Made by a program: the position numbers and the translations under genes. The notes below the pieces were generated by a model. It worked only from the letters and a program-made list of their open reading frames with translations. It was not told the origin of the DNA and did not search any database. This document shows, piece after piece, positions 17,007-26,756 of a stretch of DNA of 46,457 nucleotides. Every line of letters begins with the position of its first letter. Position 1 is the first letter of the stretch. The stretch is from a bacterium (lineage in GTDB: Bacteria; Sysuimicrobiota; Sysuimicrobiia; Sysuimicrobiales; Humicultoraceae): contig JBGQGY010000012.1 of assembly GCA_041497675.1 (NCBI GenBank), forward strand, positions 1-46,457, read 5' to 3'.

Positions 17007-17707
17007 TTGCGCCCACGAACGCGCCCAGGTTCTCGATCGGCGAGGCGGTGCGGTTCGGGTGGGGTGTGACCAGACGCAACTTCGGCTTCTTCGTCGTCAT
17101 GGTCATTGTGACCACGATCGTGGACGGCATCCCCGGAAAGATCCAGGTGGCGACACAGAAGAGTGCGCCGCTCATCTCGATCCTCGCCGGTCTACTCGGC
17201 GGAGCGATCGGGCTGGTCACGAGCATCGGCTGGACCAAGATCCTGCTGCGCTTCGTCGACGGCGAGCAGCCGACCCATGCCGACCTCTACGCGCACCACC
17301 GGCTGCTCTTCAAGTACTTTCTGGTGAGCCTGCTCACCATGCTCGCCATTGCCGCGGGGTTTGTCCTGTTCATCATCCCGGGGTTCCTTGCGATGATGCG
17401 CTATAGCATGAGCGCGTTCCTGGTGGTGGATCGTGGTCTGGGACCGATCGAGGCCATGCGCAAGAGCGCCGAGATCACCCGCGGGGCTCGATGGCAGCTG
17501 TTCGTCGCCGGCTTCGCCCTGCTGGGGGTAATGATCCTCGGCTTCATGGCGTTGGCGATCGGGGTCCTGTGGGCATTTCCCACGGTCATGGTCGCCGGCG
17601 CGTTCATCTACCGCCGCCTGTCCCCGCGTGAGCCTGGTGCCGGCGCGGGAGTCCCGGCCGCCGTCCTTCCGGGCGGGCCAAAGGAGTGGTGGACCACTCC
17701 GCGCTAG
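17003..17707 (+). CDS. integral membrane protein (DUF975-like)
   Basis: ATGA overlap with the previous stop; FSIGEAVRFGW, several TM helices, IIPG, G.IEAMRKS.EITRG.RW.LF. Confidence 0.75.
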   Translation: MIAPTNAPRFSIGEAVRFGWGVTRRNFGFFVVMVIVTTIVDGIPGKIQVATQKSAPLISILAGLLGGAIGLVTSIGWTKILLRFVDGEQPTHADLYAHHRLLFKYFLVSLLTMLAIAAGFVLFIIPGFLAMMRYSMSAFLVVDRGLGPIEAMRKSAEITRGARWQLFVAGFALLGVMILGFMALAIGVLWAFPTVMVAGAFIYRRLSPREPGAGAGVPAAVLPGGPKEWWTTPR

Positions 17708-17781
17708 GCAGGAACTACTATATACTGTATAGAAGGAATCGGCGAACCCCTACATCTTGAGGTTATGGGTGGCTATCCCCG

Positions 17782-19044
17782 ATGAGGATCATCGCGGACC
17801 TACACCTGCACTCCAGATACAGCCGGGCAACCAGCCGGGACATGGACGTCGAAAACATGGCCCGCTGGGCCAAGATCAAGGGCATCACGATCCTCGGGAC
17901 CGGCGATTTCACCCACCCGGTGTGGCTGCGCGAGTTGCGCGCGAAGTTGCGGCCGACCGACCGTGGTCTGTACACCCACGATGGCTCCCACTTCATGCTC
18001 ACCGTCGAGGTCTCGAGCATCTATCAGGTCGGCGCGCGGCTTCGAAAGATCCACAACATCATCTTTGCCCCGTCGTTTGAGGTCGTCGACAAGATCAACG
18101 CCGTCCTCGGCCGGTTCGGCAACCTGATGGCCGACGGCCGGCCCACGCTTACGCTGCCCAGCGACAGGCTCGTCGAATACATCATGGAGATCTCGTCCGA
18201 CTGCATGGTCGTGCCGGCCCACGCGTGGACCCCGTGGTTCTCGCTCTACGGCAGCAACTCGGGATTCGACTCGATCGAGGAATGTTTCGGCGACCAGGTC
18301 AAGCACATCGCGGCGGTGGAGACCGGGCTGTCGAGCGATCCGCCGATGAACTGGCGGCTGTCGGAGCTCGACCAGGTGATGCTGGTCAGCAACTCCGACG
18401 CCCACTCGCCGCCGAAGCTGGGCCGCGAGGCGAACGTGTTTGATTGCGCCCCCGACTACTTCGAGATTCTGCGCGTGCTGCGAGAGAAGGACACGTCGCG
18501 CTTCCTCTATACCATCGAATTCTTCCCCGAAGAAGGCAAGTATCACTTCGACGGGCATCGGGCGTGCAACAGCCGCCTGACGCCGAAGGAGACCGCGGCC
18601 GCGGGCGGCCGCTGCCCCGTGTGCGGCCGGCCCACGACGGTGGGCGTGCTCCACCGGGTCGAGCGTCTGGCCGATCGTGAGGAAGGCTACGTGCCCGAGG
18701 GCGCGGTGCCGTATCGCAACCTGATCCCGTTGGAAGAGATCATCGCGGAAGCCAACGGCACGCAGCCGGGCACGACGGGCGTGCGGGAGGAATATTTCAA
18801 GCTCTGCAAGATCTTCGGATCCGAGTTCTCGATCCTGCTCGACGTGCCGCCGGAGGAGCTGGCCCGCCATACGGCGCCCCGGATCGCCGAAGGCCTCCGC
18901 CGCGTCCGCGAAGGTCGCGTGACCATCGCGCCGGGCTATGACGGGGTCTTCGGCGAAATCAGTATCCTCGACGACAAAGACACAAAAGAAGAGGACACTC
19001 CACACCATACGGCCGCGCGGCCGGCGCAGACCACGCTCTTCTAG
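17782..19044 (+). CDS. endonuclease Q family protein (PHP domain plus Zn finger)
   Basis: ADLHLHSRYSRATS, GTGDFTHP.W, PAHAWTPWFS, ETGLSSDP.MN, SNSDAHS, GKYHFDGHR.C, CPVCG, PGYDGVFG. Confidence 0.9.
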   Translation: MRIIADLHLHSRYSRATSRDMDVENMARWAKIKGITILGTGDFTHPVWLRELRAKLRPTDRGLYTHDGSHFMLTVEVSSIYQVGARLRKIHNIIFAPSFEVVDKINAVLGRFGNLMADGRPTLTLPSDRLVEYIMEISSDCMVVPAHAWTPWFSLYGSNSGFDSIEECFGDQVKHIAAVETGLSSDPPMNWRLSELDQVMLVSNSDAHSPPKLGREANVFDCAPDYFEILRVLREKDTSRFLYTIEFFPEEGKYHFDGHRACNSRLTPKETAAAGGRCPVCGRPTTVGVLHRVERLADREEGYVPEGAVPYRNLIPLEEIIAEANGTQPGTTGVREEYFKLCKIFGSEFSILLDVPPEELARHTAPRIAEGLRRVREGRVTIAPGYDGVFGEISILDDKDTKEEDTPHHTAARPAQTTLF

Positions 19045-19145
19045 CCCCACGTTCGAGGCAGGACTCGGCACACGCCGCGAGGAAACAGCGCGTGTATCGT
19101 GTCGACACCATACAAGCGGTTGTGCCGCCCCTGAGGAGGGTTTCC

Positions 19146-20855
19146 GTGCGTCTCGCCCGGGTTCGTTCTTACGTGGTCGTTGTGATGCTTGCCGCCATCG
19201 TGCTGACGATGATCCCCAGCGTCGTGCGCTCCGCGCCGGCTTCTTTTCGCAAGGAACTCGTGCTCGGGAACATTCAGGAACCGTCGGGACTGAACGCGCT
19301 GACCTCGGTGGCATCCACCGAGGTCCAGTTCATGCCGCTGTTCACCGCGTATTCGTTCCTGCGGAGCGATCACTTCGACCAGATCAACGACTACGTCACC
19401 CAGGTGCCCACGCTCGCCAACGGGCTGTGGAAAGTGTCTGCCGACGGGAGAATGGAAGTCACCTGGAAGCTCCGGCCCAACATGAAATGGCACGACGGGC
19501 AGCCGTTCACCACCGAGGACTTCAAGTTCACCTGGGACGTGTACAAGAATCCGAAGGCCCCGCTGGGTACGCGGCCGGCGCTGGACGACATCGAGTCCGT
19601 CGCGTTTCCCGACGCGCTGACGATGATCGCGCGCTACAAGCGGCCGTCGTCACAGGCCAACCTGCTGTGGCTGGGCGCGTTCGCCGCGCCCCTGCCGAAG
19701 CACGTGGTCGGCCCGATGCTGCAGCGGGTGGGTATCGAGCGCTATCCTGAGATTCCATACGGGTCCGATGCCAGCCAAACGGTCGGCGTCGGGCCCTATA
19801 TCTTCAAGTCCTGGCAGCGCGGCGTCGAGATGGTCTTTGAGGCCAACCCCAACTATCATCTGGGCCGCCCGGTGCTCGACCGGATTGTTGTGCGGTTCTT
19901 CACCGACGTGAACGCACTCGTCACCACCATCTTGGCCGGGCAGATCGATGCCGTCTCGCCCAATCCGGGCGGCATCCCGCTGGCGCAGGCGCTGGAGATC
20001 GACGACCGCATCCAGCGCGGGCAGCTCCAGAAGTATCGCGTGGCCTTCTACGACGCGCCGGCAAGCGAGGCGTACATCATCAACAATGAGAGCCCGCTGC
20101 TACAAGACAGGCGCGTCCGGCAGGCGTTGCTGCTGGCCATCGACCGGGAAGGCATCGCGCAGACGGTGTTCAGGGGCCGCGTGTCCGTGGCCCACTCGTA
20201 TCTCCCTGCGAAGCACCCGTGGTACCTGCAGGACATCCGCAAGTACAATCACGACCCCGCGGCGGCCCGACGGCTGCTCGATGAGGCCGGGTGGAGGGCC
20301 GGGCCCGATGGGATCCGCCGCAACGCCGCCGGAGAGCGGTTGAGTCTGGTCGTGACGGTGCCGTCGGGTGACCGCACCCGCGAGCGGATTCAAGAAATCA
20401 TTCAAGCGCAATGGAAAGACGTCGGCGTCGAGATGACTATCGACAACAAGCCGATCAGGCTCATCCTCGGCGAGCTGTGGGGCACCGGCCGGCGGCCGCC
20501 GGATCTCTTGAACCTGAGCCACCCCATTGACGAGTTCAATGACATCGACGTGATCTATCACTCGGAGAACGTCCCGGCGGTCGGACAGCGCGGGCGCAAC
20601 TACCTGCGGTGGAAGAATCCCCAGTACGACGCGATCCTGAACGAGTACGCGAAGACGTTCGACGTCAAGAAACGCAAAGAGCTGTCGCAGCGTTTCCAGC
20701 GGATGTGGGCGGAGGATGTGCCGATCCTGCTCATCTACACGTTCGTCGGGGCCTCGGTCGTCCGCGACGATCTCGTCGGGTTCAAACCGCTCGGGCTGGC
20801 GTGCGTGCCCGGCTGCTACACGTGGAACGCGCGCTCGTGGCGCTGGTCGCGCTAA
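19146..20855 (+). CDS. peptide/nickel-type (family 5) ABC substrate-binding protein
   Basis: SD GAGGAGG then GTG; KWHDGQPFT.EDFKFTW, GPY, D.RVRQAL..AIDR, A.RLLDEAGW. Confidence 0.9.
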   Translation: MRLARVRSYVVVVMLAAIVLTMIPSVVRSAPASFRKELVLGNIQEPSGLNALTSVASTEVQFMPLFTAYSFLRSDHFDQINDYVTQVPTLANGLWKVSADGRMEVTWKLRPNMKWHDGQPFTTEDFKFTWDVYKNPKAPLGTRPALDDIESVAFPDALTMIARYKRPSSQANLLWLGAFAAPLPKHVVGPMLQRVGIERYPEIPYGSDASQTVGVGPYIFKSWQRGVEMVFEANPNYHLGRPVLDRIVVRFFTDVNALVTTILAGQIDAVSPNPGGIPLAQALEIDDRIQRGQLQKYRVAFYDAPASEAYIINNESPLLQDRRVRQALLLAIDREGIAQTVFRGRVSVAHSYLPAKHPWYLQDIRKYNHDPAAARRLLDEAGWRAGPDGIRRNAAGERLSLVVTVPSGDRTRERIQEIIQAQWKDVGVEMTIDNKPIRLILGELWGTGRRPPDLLNLSHPIDEFNDIDVIYHSENVPAVGQRGRNYLRWKNPQYDAILNEYAKTFDVKKRKELSQRFQRMWAEDVPILLIYTFVGASVVRDDLVGFKPLGLACVPGCYTWNARSWRWSR

Positions 20856-20874
20856 CCGCATCCGGTCCGGGACC

Positions 20875-21840
20875 ATGCGACGGTATCTGCTGCGGCGGCT
20901 GTTGCTGACCGTGCCGTTCCTGCTCGCCGTCTCGGCGATGCTGTTCTTGATCCTCACGCTGGCGCCCGGCGATCCCATCGATCTGTTCATCTTGAGCAAC
21001 CGTGAGGTGCAGCCCAAGGACATCGAGGCGCTCAAGAAAGCCTACGGGTTGGACCGGCCGATCCCTGTGCGCTATGTGCGCTGGCTCGGCCGTGTGGTTT
21101 CCGGAGATCTCGGCTGGTCGCTCTACTACCGCCAGCCCGTGATGACCATCCTGCGAGAACGGGTGCCGAACAGCCTGCTCCTGACCTTGCCCGCGCTGGC
21201 CGTAGCCCTCGCGCTGGCCGTCCCTGTCGGGATTCTTTCTGCGGTGCGCCAATACTCCGTCGTCGATCACGTCACGAACCTCGTGGCGTTTGCGGGTTTT
21301 TCGATCCCGCTCTTCTGGTTCGGGATCGTGGCGATGTACGTCTTTGCGGTCGTCCTGCACTGGCTGCCGCCTGGCGGGTTCCCGGGGGCCGGGACGGTTG
21401 GGGCGGAGGTGACGGTGCTGACGAAGCTGCGCTACATGATCCTGCCGATGCTGGTGATCAGCTTTCACCTGATTGCGCTGTTGGTCCGCCACGTGCGCAG
21501 CAGCGTGCTCGAAGTCATCCGGCAGGACTTCGTTCGCACCGCGCGGGCCAAGGGGCTCCCCGAGGCGCGGGTGATCAACCGGCACGTGGTGCGCAATGCC
21601 CTGCTGCCCATCGTGACGATCCTGTCGCTCGTGATTCCGGCGCTGTTCGGCGGCGCGCCGGTGACTGAGAGTGTGTTTGGGTGGCCCGGGATCGGGCACC
21701 TGTTGGTGCAATCGGTGCTCGTCGGGGACCATCTCGTGTCGATGGCGGTGCTGATGATGATCGCGCTGCTGATCGTCGCGTTCAGCCTCGCCGCCGATGT
21801 CGCGTACGCCTGGCTCGATCCGCGGATTCAATACGCGTGA
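20875..21840 (+). CDS. ABC permease (DppB/OppB-like)
   Basis: YLLRRLL, APGDP, YGLDRP...Y..W, GDLG.S, EAA-like TARAKGL, E.VF.WPG.G, LDPRI. Confidence 0.92.
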   Translation: MRRYLLRRLLLTVPFLLAVSAMLFLILTLAPGDPIDLFILSNREVQPKDIEALKKAYGLDRPIPVRYVRWLGRVVSGDLGWSLYYRQPVMTILRERVPNSLLLTLPALAVALALAVPVGILSAVRQYSVVDHVTNLVAFAGFSIPLFWFGIVAMYVFAVVLHWLPPGGFPGAGTVGAEVTVLTKLRYMILPMLVISFHLIALLVRHVRSSVLEVIRQDFVRTARAKGLPEARVINRHVVRNALLPIVTILSLVIPALFGGAPVTESVFGWPGIGHLLVQSVLVGDHLVSMAVLMMIALLIVAFSLAADVAYAWLDPRIQYA

Positions 21841-22676
21841 GTCGTGCGACCTGGCGGCGCTTCCTGCGTCATCGACCCGCCGCCGCCGGAGGCGCCGTCG
21901 TGTGCATCCTCATCGTGCTCGCGGTGCTGGCGCCCGCGGTTGCGCCGTATGCTTTCGATGCGATCGACATCCGGCACACGCTCATACCGCCGGGTGGGCG
22001 CCACCTGCTCGGCACCGATGACGTGGGGCGCGACGTGCTGACGCGCCTCATGTTTGCCGGCCGGATCAGCCTGACCGTGGGGCTGGTGACGACGGCCATC
22101 GGGTCCGGTCTCGGCACGGCCGTGGGGCTGCTGGCCGGGTTCTACCGCGGCGCCGTCGATGGGTTGCTGGCGCGGGCGATCGAACTCTTTCTCACGATTC
22201 CACCGCTGGCGATGATGTTCGTCCTGGCGGGGTATCTGGGGCCCGGTCTGCGGACGATCATCATCGTGCTGAGTCTCTTTGGGTGGATGTTCACCGCGCG
22301 GCTGGTGCGGGGCGAAGTGTTGCGGGCGGCCTCGTTGGAGTTCATCGAAGCGGCCCGCGCGCTGGGCGTCTCAGACGGTCGCATCATGGTGCGCCACCTG
22401 CTGCCCAATGTCATGGCGCCGATCATCGTGAGCGCCACGGCGGCGGTCGGACAGGCGATTCTCGCGGAGAGCACGATCAGCTACTTCGGGCTTGGGATCC
22501 AGCCGCCGGTGGCGACGTGGGGCAACATGCTACGCAACGCGCAGGAATATCTGTTCTCGGCGCCGTGGCTCGCGCTGCTGCCGGGCTGCGCCATCTTCTT
22601 GACCGTGATGGCGTTCAATCTGCTGGGTGATGGTCTACGCGACGCCATCGACCCGCGCTCGAGGGCTCGCGCGTGA
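21837..22676 (+). CDS. ABC permease (DppC/OppC-like)
   Basis: HLLGTDDVGRDV, R.SL.VG, FIEAARALG, RHLLPN, GLGIQPP..TWG.ML, GDGLRDAIDPR. Confidence 0.92.
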   Translation: MSRATWRRFLRHRPAAAGGAVVCILIVLAVLAPAVAPYAFDAIDIRHTLIPPGGRHLLGTDDVGRDVLTRLMFAGRISLTVGLVTTAIGSGLGTAVGLLAGFYRGAVDGLLARAIELFLTIPPLAMMFVLAGYLGPGLRTIIIVLSLFGWMFTARLVRGEVLRAASLEFIEAARALGVSDGRIMVRHLLPNVMAPIIVSATAAVGQAILAESTISYFGLGIQPPVATWGNMLRNAQEYLFSAPWLALLPGCAIFLTVMAFNLLGDGLRDAIDPRSRARA

Positions 22677-23698
22677 AGACGTCGTTTGGCCTGACGCTGT
22701 CGAATCGCGGCGTGGCGCTGGGGCGGTTCACGACCGCAGAGTTGCTCCACCTGGCGGAGGTCGCCGACCGCAGCGGATGGCTGCACCACGTGTGGGTCGG
22801 CGACAGCATCCTCAACAAGCCGCGGCTGGAACCGATCGCCCTGCTGGGCGCGGTCGCCGGCAGGACGGGCCGGGTGGAGCTGGGCGTTGGCTGCATGGCG
22901 ACGTTGGTGCAGCGTCATCCGGTGTTGTTCGCACTCCAATGGGCCAGCCTGGACGTGATCTCTAACGGCCGGATGCTTCTCGCCGCCTGTCTGGGCTACC
23001 CCGGCGGCATGACGCCATCGGGCGACAAAGAGTACGAGGTCATGGGGATCAAGGCCAGAGAGCGGCCTCAGCGCTTCGTCGAGATGATCGAGGCGCTGCG
23101 ACTGCTGTGGAGCGACGAGCACGCGACCTTCCATGGCAAGTACTACGCGTTCGACGACGTGAACCTCGACCCCAAGCCGGTGCGCCGGCCTTGCCCAATC
23201 TGGATCGCGAGCAACCCGACCGAGCGTGCGATCGGGCCGGAGGGCGTCGAGCGCGCGCTGCGCCGCGTGGCGCGGTACGCCGACGGCTGGATGACGGGGA
23301 CCACACAGCCCTCCGATTTTGCGGCCAAGTGGAACCGGATCCGCGAGTACGCGGCTGAGGCCGGGCGCGATCCGGCGCCGCTCAAGTCGTGCATGTACTA
23401 TGGCTTTAACGTGCAGCCGAATGCGCGAGACGCCACGCGCCAGACGAAGGAGTTCCTCGAGGCATACTACGCGCCGCTGCAGTTTCCGGAGGACTGGCTG
23501 CCGTCGTGGGCCGCGTCCGGGACGCTCGATCAGGTGGTGACGATGCTGCGCGAGTACGTGGCGGCCGGCGCCGATCTGATCACCCTGCGTCCCACGTCAT
23601 GGGATCAGGAAGGGCAGGTCCGCATCTTGATCGAGCAGGTGCTCCCAGCGCTCAAGGACGTCGCCGTCCACCACACGCCGGCCGGGACGAGAGGATGA
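22673..23698 (+). CDS. LLM-class oxidoreductase
   Basis: VWVGDSILNKPRLE, WASLDVISNGR, PKP...PIWIASNP, YADGW. Confidence 0.9.
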   Translation: MKTSFGLTLSNRGVALGRFTTAELLHLAEVADRSGWLHHVWVGDSILNKPRLEPIALLGAVAGRTGRVELGVGCMATLVQRHPVLFALQWASLDVISNGRMLLAACLGYPGGMTPSGDKEYEVMGIKARERPQRFVEMIEALRLLWSDEHATFHGKYYAFDDVNLDPKPVRRPCPIWIASNPTERAIGPEGVERALRRVARYADGWMTGTTQPSDFAAKWNRIREYAAEAGRDPAPLKSCMYYGFNVQPNARDATRQTKEFLEAYYAPLQFPEDWLPSWAASGTLDQVVTMLREYVAAGADLITLRPTSWDQEGQVRILIEQVLPALKDVAVHHTPAGTRG

Positions 23699-24900
23699 AG
23701 GCGACCATGCCAGAGGAAGGTATTGCCAAGGAAGAGATTCTCCACCGGATCGAGCGGGTCAAGACTGCCGCGGCCTCGCGGGGCCTGAAGGGGCTGCTCG
23801 CGATCGCCCGGCCGTTCTTTGAACGGCCGGCCAACGTCGCCTATCTGGCGAACCATTTCCCACCGTTTCCGACGGGCATGTACTGGGGCGAGATGCGCGG
23901 GATGGGACACTCGGTCTTGATCCTCCCGCTGGCGGGCGACCCTGTGTTGATCGTGGACACGACATACCGCCGTGATCTGGTACCCATCGAAGACGTACGG
24001 CATGCGCGTTCCAAGTCGGGGCCGAAGACGTCGTTTCTGCCGAACTTTGCCGAAGCCATCGCCGACGTCCTCGAAGAAAAGGGTCTCGGGTCGGCGCGGG
24101 TGGGGTTGATCGGCGATGACGTGATGCCCGTGCGGATGCACCGCGACATCACTGCGCGCCTTCCTCGACTCGCATTCGAATCCTTCGACGACGTGTTTGG
24201 GGAAATCCGCATGATCAAGAGCGACGCCGAACTGCGCCTGCACCGGCGCGCGGCCGCCGTCTGCGACGCCGGGTACGAAGGGACGCTGCCCCTGATTCGC
24301 GACGGCGCGAAGGAAACCGATGTCTGCGCGGCGGGGTACGCCGCCACGATCAAGGCGGGCGCCGACTTCGTCCGGTACGTGCGCACCTACTCCGGACCGT
24401 ACAGCGCGATGGGCGTCCGGTGGCCTCAGGCCACCGACCGGCGCATGGCCAACGGCGAGCTGTTGGTCACCGACATCGTCGGGGCGTGCTGGGGCGCGCA
24501 GTTCGACGTCAACCGTACGTTCGTGATTGGGCGCAAACCGACCGATGAGAAGCGGCGGCAGCTCGACGCGGCGCTGGAGGCGACGCGGGCCGCGATCGCG
24601 GCGGCGCGGCCCGGAGTCCCGGCGGAGCAACTCGTGGTCGCGGCCAACAAGGTGCTCGAGGCGCGCGGGTTTGGCCAGCACGCGCGGCCCTTCATCGGCC
24701 ACGGCATCGGCTATGAGACGATGGAGCCGCCGCTGCTGTATACGGGGGATACCACACCGCTCGCGCCCGGCATGGTGTTGTGCGTTGAACCCGGGATCGA
24801 GATCCCGGGCGCCGAGGGCGTGCGGATCGAGGAAGAGATCATCGTGAGGGACGGGGAGCCGGAGTTGATCACCCGGTTCAATCCACGGCAGTGGGAGTAG
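23695..24900 (+). CDS. M24 (Xaa-Pro peptidase/creatinase) family protein
   Basis: RMIKS.AE, D...D..RT, GHGIG, EPG, GVRIEE; ATGA overlap with the LLM gene. Confidence 0.88.
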   Translation: MKATMPEEGIAKEEILHRIERVKTAAASRGLKGLLAIARPFFERPANVAYLANHFPPFPTGMYWGEMRGMGHSVLILPLAGDPVLIVDTTYRRDLVPIEDVRHARSKSGPKTSFLPNFAEAIADVLEEKGLGSARVGLIGDDVMPVRMHRDITARLPRLAFESFDDVFGEIRMIKSDAELRLHRRAAAVCDAGYEGTLPLIRDGAKETDVCAAGYAATIKAGADFVRYVRTYSGPYSAMGVRWPQATDRRMANGELLVTDIVGACWGAQFDVNRTFVIGRKPTDEKRRQLDAALEATRAAIAAARPGVPAEQLVVAANKVLEARGFGQHARPFIGHGIGYETMEPPLLYTGDTTPLAPGMVLCVEPGIEIPGAEGVRIEEEIIVRDGEPELITRFNPRQWE

Positions 24901-24902
24901 CA

Positions 24903-26078
24903 GTGGACGTCCGGCAGGCCGTCCTGGCGCAGATCGACGCGGAGTCGGCACCGCTGGTCGCGCTGAGCCTGGATCTTCACGCGCATCCCGAACTGGCCTT
25001 CGAGGAGCACGAGAGCGTCCGAAAGTTGCTCGGATATTTGCGGCGCCATCAGGGGATTACGATCGAGGGAGGAACCGGCGGGCTGCCGACCGCCTTTCGC
25101 GCGTGGGTTGGCGCAACGAGCGGTCCCACGATCGGCATCGTGTGCGAGTACGACGCGCTCGCGGGGTTGGGGCACGGCTGCGGTCACAACCTGATCGCGA
25201 CCGCGGCCGTCGCCGTGCTGGCCGGGTTGGCCCCGCAAGCCTCGACGCTGGGCGGCCGCGTGATCGTCATCGGGTCGCCGGCCGAAGAAGGCAAGGGCGG
25301 GAAGCTGATCCTGGCCGAGCGCGGCGCCTACAACGGTCTGGCCGCGGTGCTGCAGACCCACCCCGCCGATCGTCACCGGCTGAGCGGCCCGACGATCGGG
25401 ATGGCAACGCTCCACATCGCGTTCCGGGGTCGGGCGGCGCACGTCGGCAGCGCCAACGACCGCGGCATCAACGCGCTCGACGCGCTGCTGCAACTCTTCA
25501 ACGCCATGAACGCGATGCGGCAACAGGTGCGCGATGGCTGTCGGCTCTATGGGATCATCACGCGTGGAGGCGATGCGGTCAACACGATCCCCGATCACAC
25601 GGCGGCGGAGATCGGCGTGCGCGCCCAGACCGAGGACTACGTGCGCGAGTTGCTCGAGCGTGTCGAGGCCTGCGCCAGAGGCGCGGCGACCGCCACGGGG
25701 TGCACCGTGTCGATCCAGCGGCCGCCGCTCTCGTACTATCCCCCCATGCGGCTCAACCGGACGTTGGGCCGGATCCTCGGCGATACGCTGAGAAGCCTCG
25801 GCGAGCCGGTCGAAGACTTTCCCCAGGGCTTTGAAGGCTACGCGAACGACGTGGGCGCGGTCAGCCGTATTGCGCCGGCTGCCTTGCTGAACTATAGGAT
25901 CGGCCGGGCAGGCGTCGCGGAACACTCCGTGGAATTCCGGGACGCCGCGGCGTCTGACGAGGGGCATCGGGGGATGGTGCTGGCGGCCAAGACGATGGCG
26001 CTCGCGGCGCTCGCGCTCCTATCGGATGCGCCGCTCCGGGCGCGGGTAAGCGCCGAATTCGAACGAGGAGACGGCTGA
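24903..26078 (+). CDS. M20D family amidohydrolase
   Basis: HAHPELAFEE, EYDAL, GHGCGHN, PAEE, HP, G.NALDA, NTIPD. Confidence 0.9.
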   Translation: MDVRQAVLAQIDAESAPLVALSLDLHAHPELAFEEHESVRKLLGYLRRHQGITIEGGTGGLPTAFRAWVGATSGPTIGIVCEYDALAGLGHGCGHNLIATAAVAVLAGLAPQASTLGGRVIVIGSPAEEGKGGKLILAERGAYNGLAAVLQTHPADRHRLSGPTIGMATLHIAFRGRAAHVGSANDRGINALDALLQLFNAMNAMRQQVRDGCRLYGIITRGGDAVNTIPDHTAAEIGVRAQTEDYVRELLERVEACARGAATATGCTVSIQRPPLSYYPPMRLNRTLGRILGDTLRSLGEPVEDFPQGFEGYANDVGAVSRIAPAALLNYRIGRAGVAEHSVEFRDAAASDEGHRGMVLAAKTMALAALALLSDAPLRARVSAEFERGDG

Positions 26079-26079
26079 G

Positions 26080-26754
26080 ATGCGACCCTTCGACAACGTC
26101 ACGCTGAGCCAGCGGGTGCGCGATCACCTGCGCGACGAGATCCTGTCCAACCGTCTCTCGCCTGGGACCCACCTGCAGGAAGAGGTCGTCGCCGAACAGT
26201 TGGGCATCAGCCGCGCGCCGGTGCGCGAAGCATTGCGCCTGCTGGCGGCCGAAGATCTGGTGATGATCGCCCCGCGGCGTGGCGCGATCGTGAAGTCGCT
26301 CTCGCCGCTGGAGTTCCTGGCCGCGTACCAGGTGCGCGAGGCGTTGGAGATGCTGGCGATCCGGCTGGCCGTGCCCCGGTTCACCGCCGATGACTTCCAG
26401 TCGTTGCGCGCGCTGCACCGACAGATGACGACGCTGGCGGAACGCGGCGATATCGAAGGATTTTTCCAGGCCAATGGTGCCTTTCACGCCCTGATCATGG
26501 AACGCTCCGGCAATGACCGGCTGCGCGCCACCTACCGGCAGTTGATGAACGAGATGCGGCGCTACCGGATGCGCTCGCTGTCGCTGCGCGGCGGCATCGA
26601 ACGGTCGCTGACCGAGCACGCGGCCATCATCGACGCGGTGGAACGCCGCGATACTCAGGCGGCGGTGGGACTGCTCAGCGAGCATATCCAGGTGCCCCAG
26701 CGGATTCTTCAAACGTCGCCGGAAGAAGAGCTGGTCCAGGCGGGAGGACACTGA
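26080..26754 (+). CDS. GntR/FCD transcriptional regulator
   Basis: LGISRAPVREALR.L wHTH; FCD motifs N..FH, SGN..L, EH..I.DA, HI. Confidence 0.92.
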   Translation: MRPFDNVTLSQRVRDHLRDEILSNRLSPGTHLQEEVVAEQLGISRAPVREALRLLAAEDLVMIAPRRGAIVKSLSPLEFLAAYQVREALEMLAIRLAVPRFTADDFQSLRALHRQMTTLAERGDIEGFFQANGAFHALIMERSGNDRLRATYRQLMNEMRRYRMRSLSLRGGIERSLTEHAAIIDAVERRDTQAAVGLLSEHIQVPQRILQTSPEEELVQAGGH

Positions 26755-26756
26755 TC

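Noticed and set aside
17714..17750. LexA/SOS box upstream of endoQ (TACTGTATA; CGAAC)
   Set aside because: Only half-sites; neither CTGT-N8-ACAG nor GAAC-N4-GTTC is complete.
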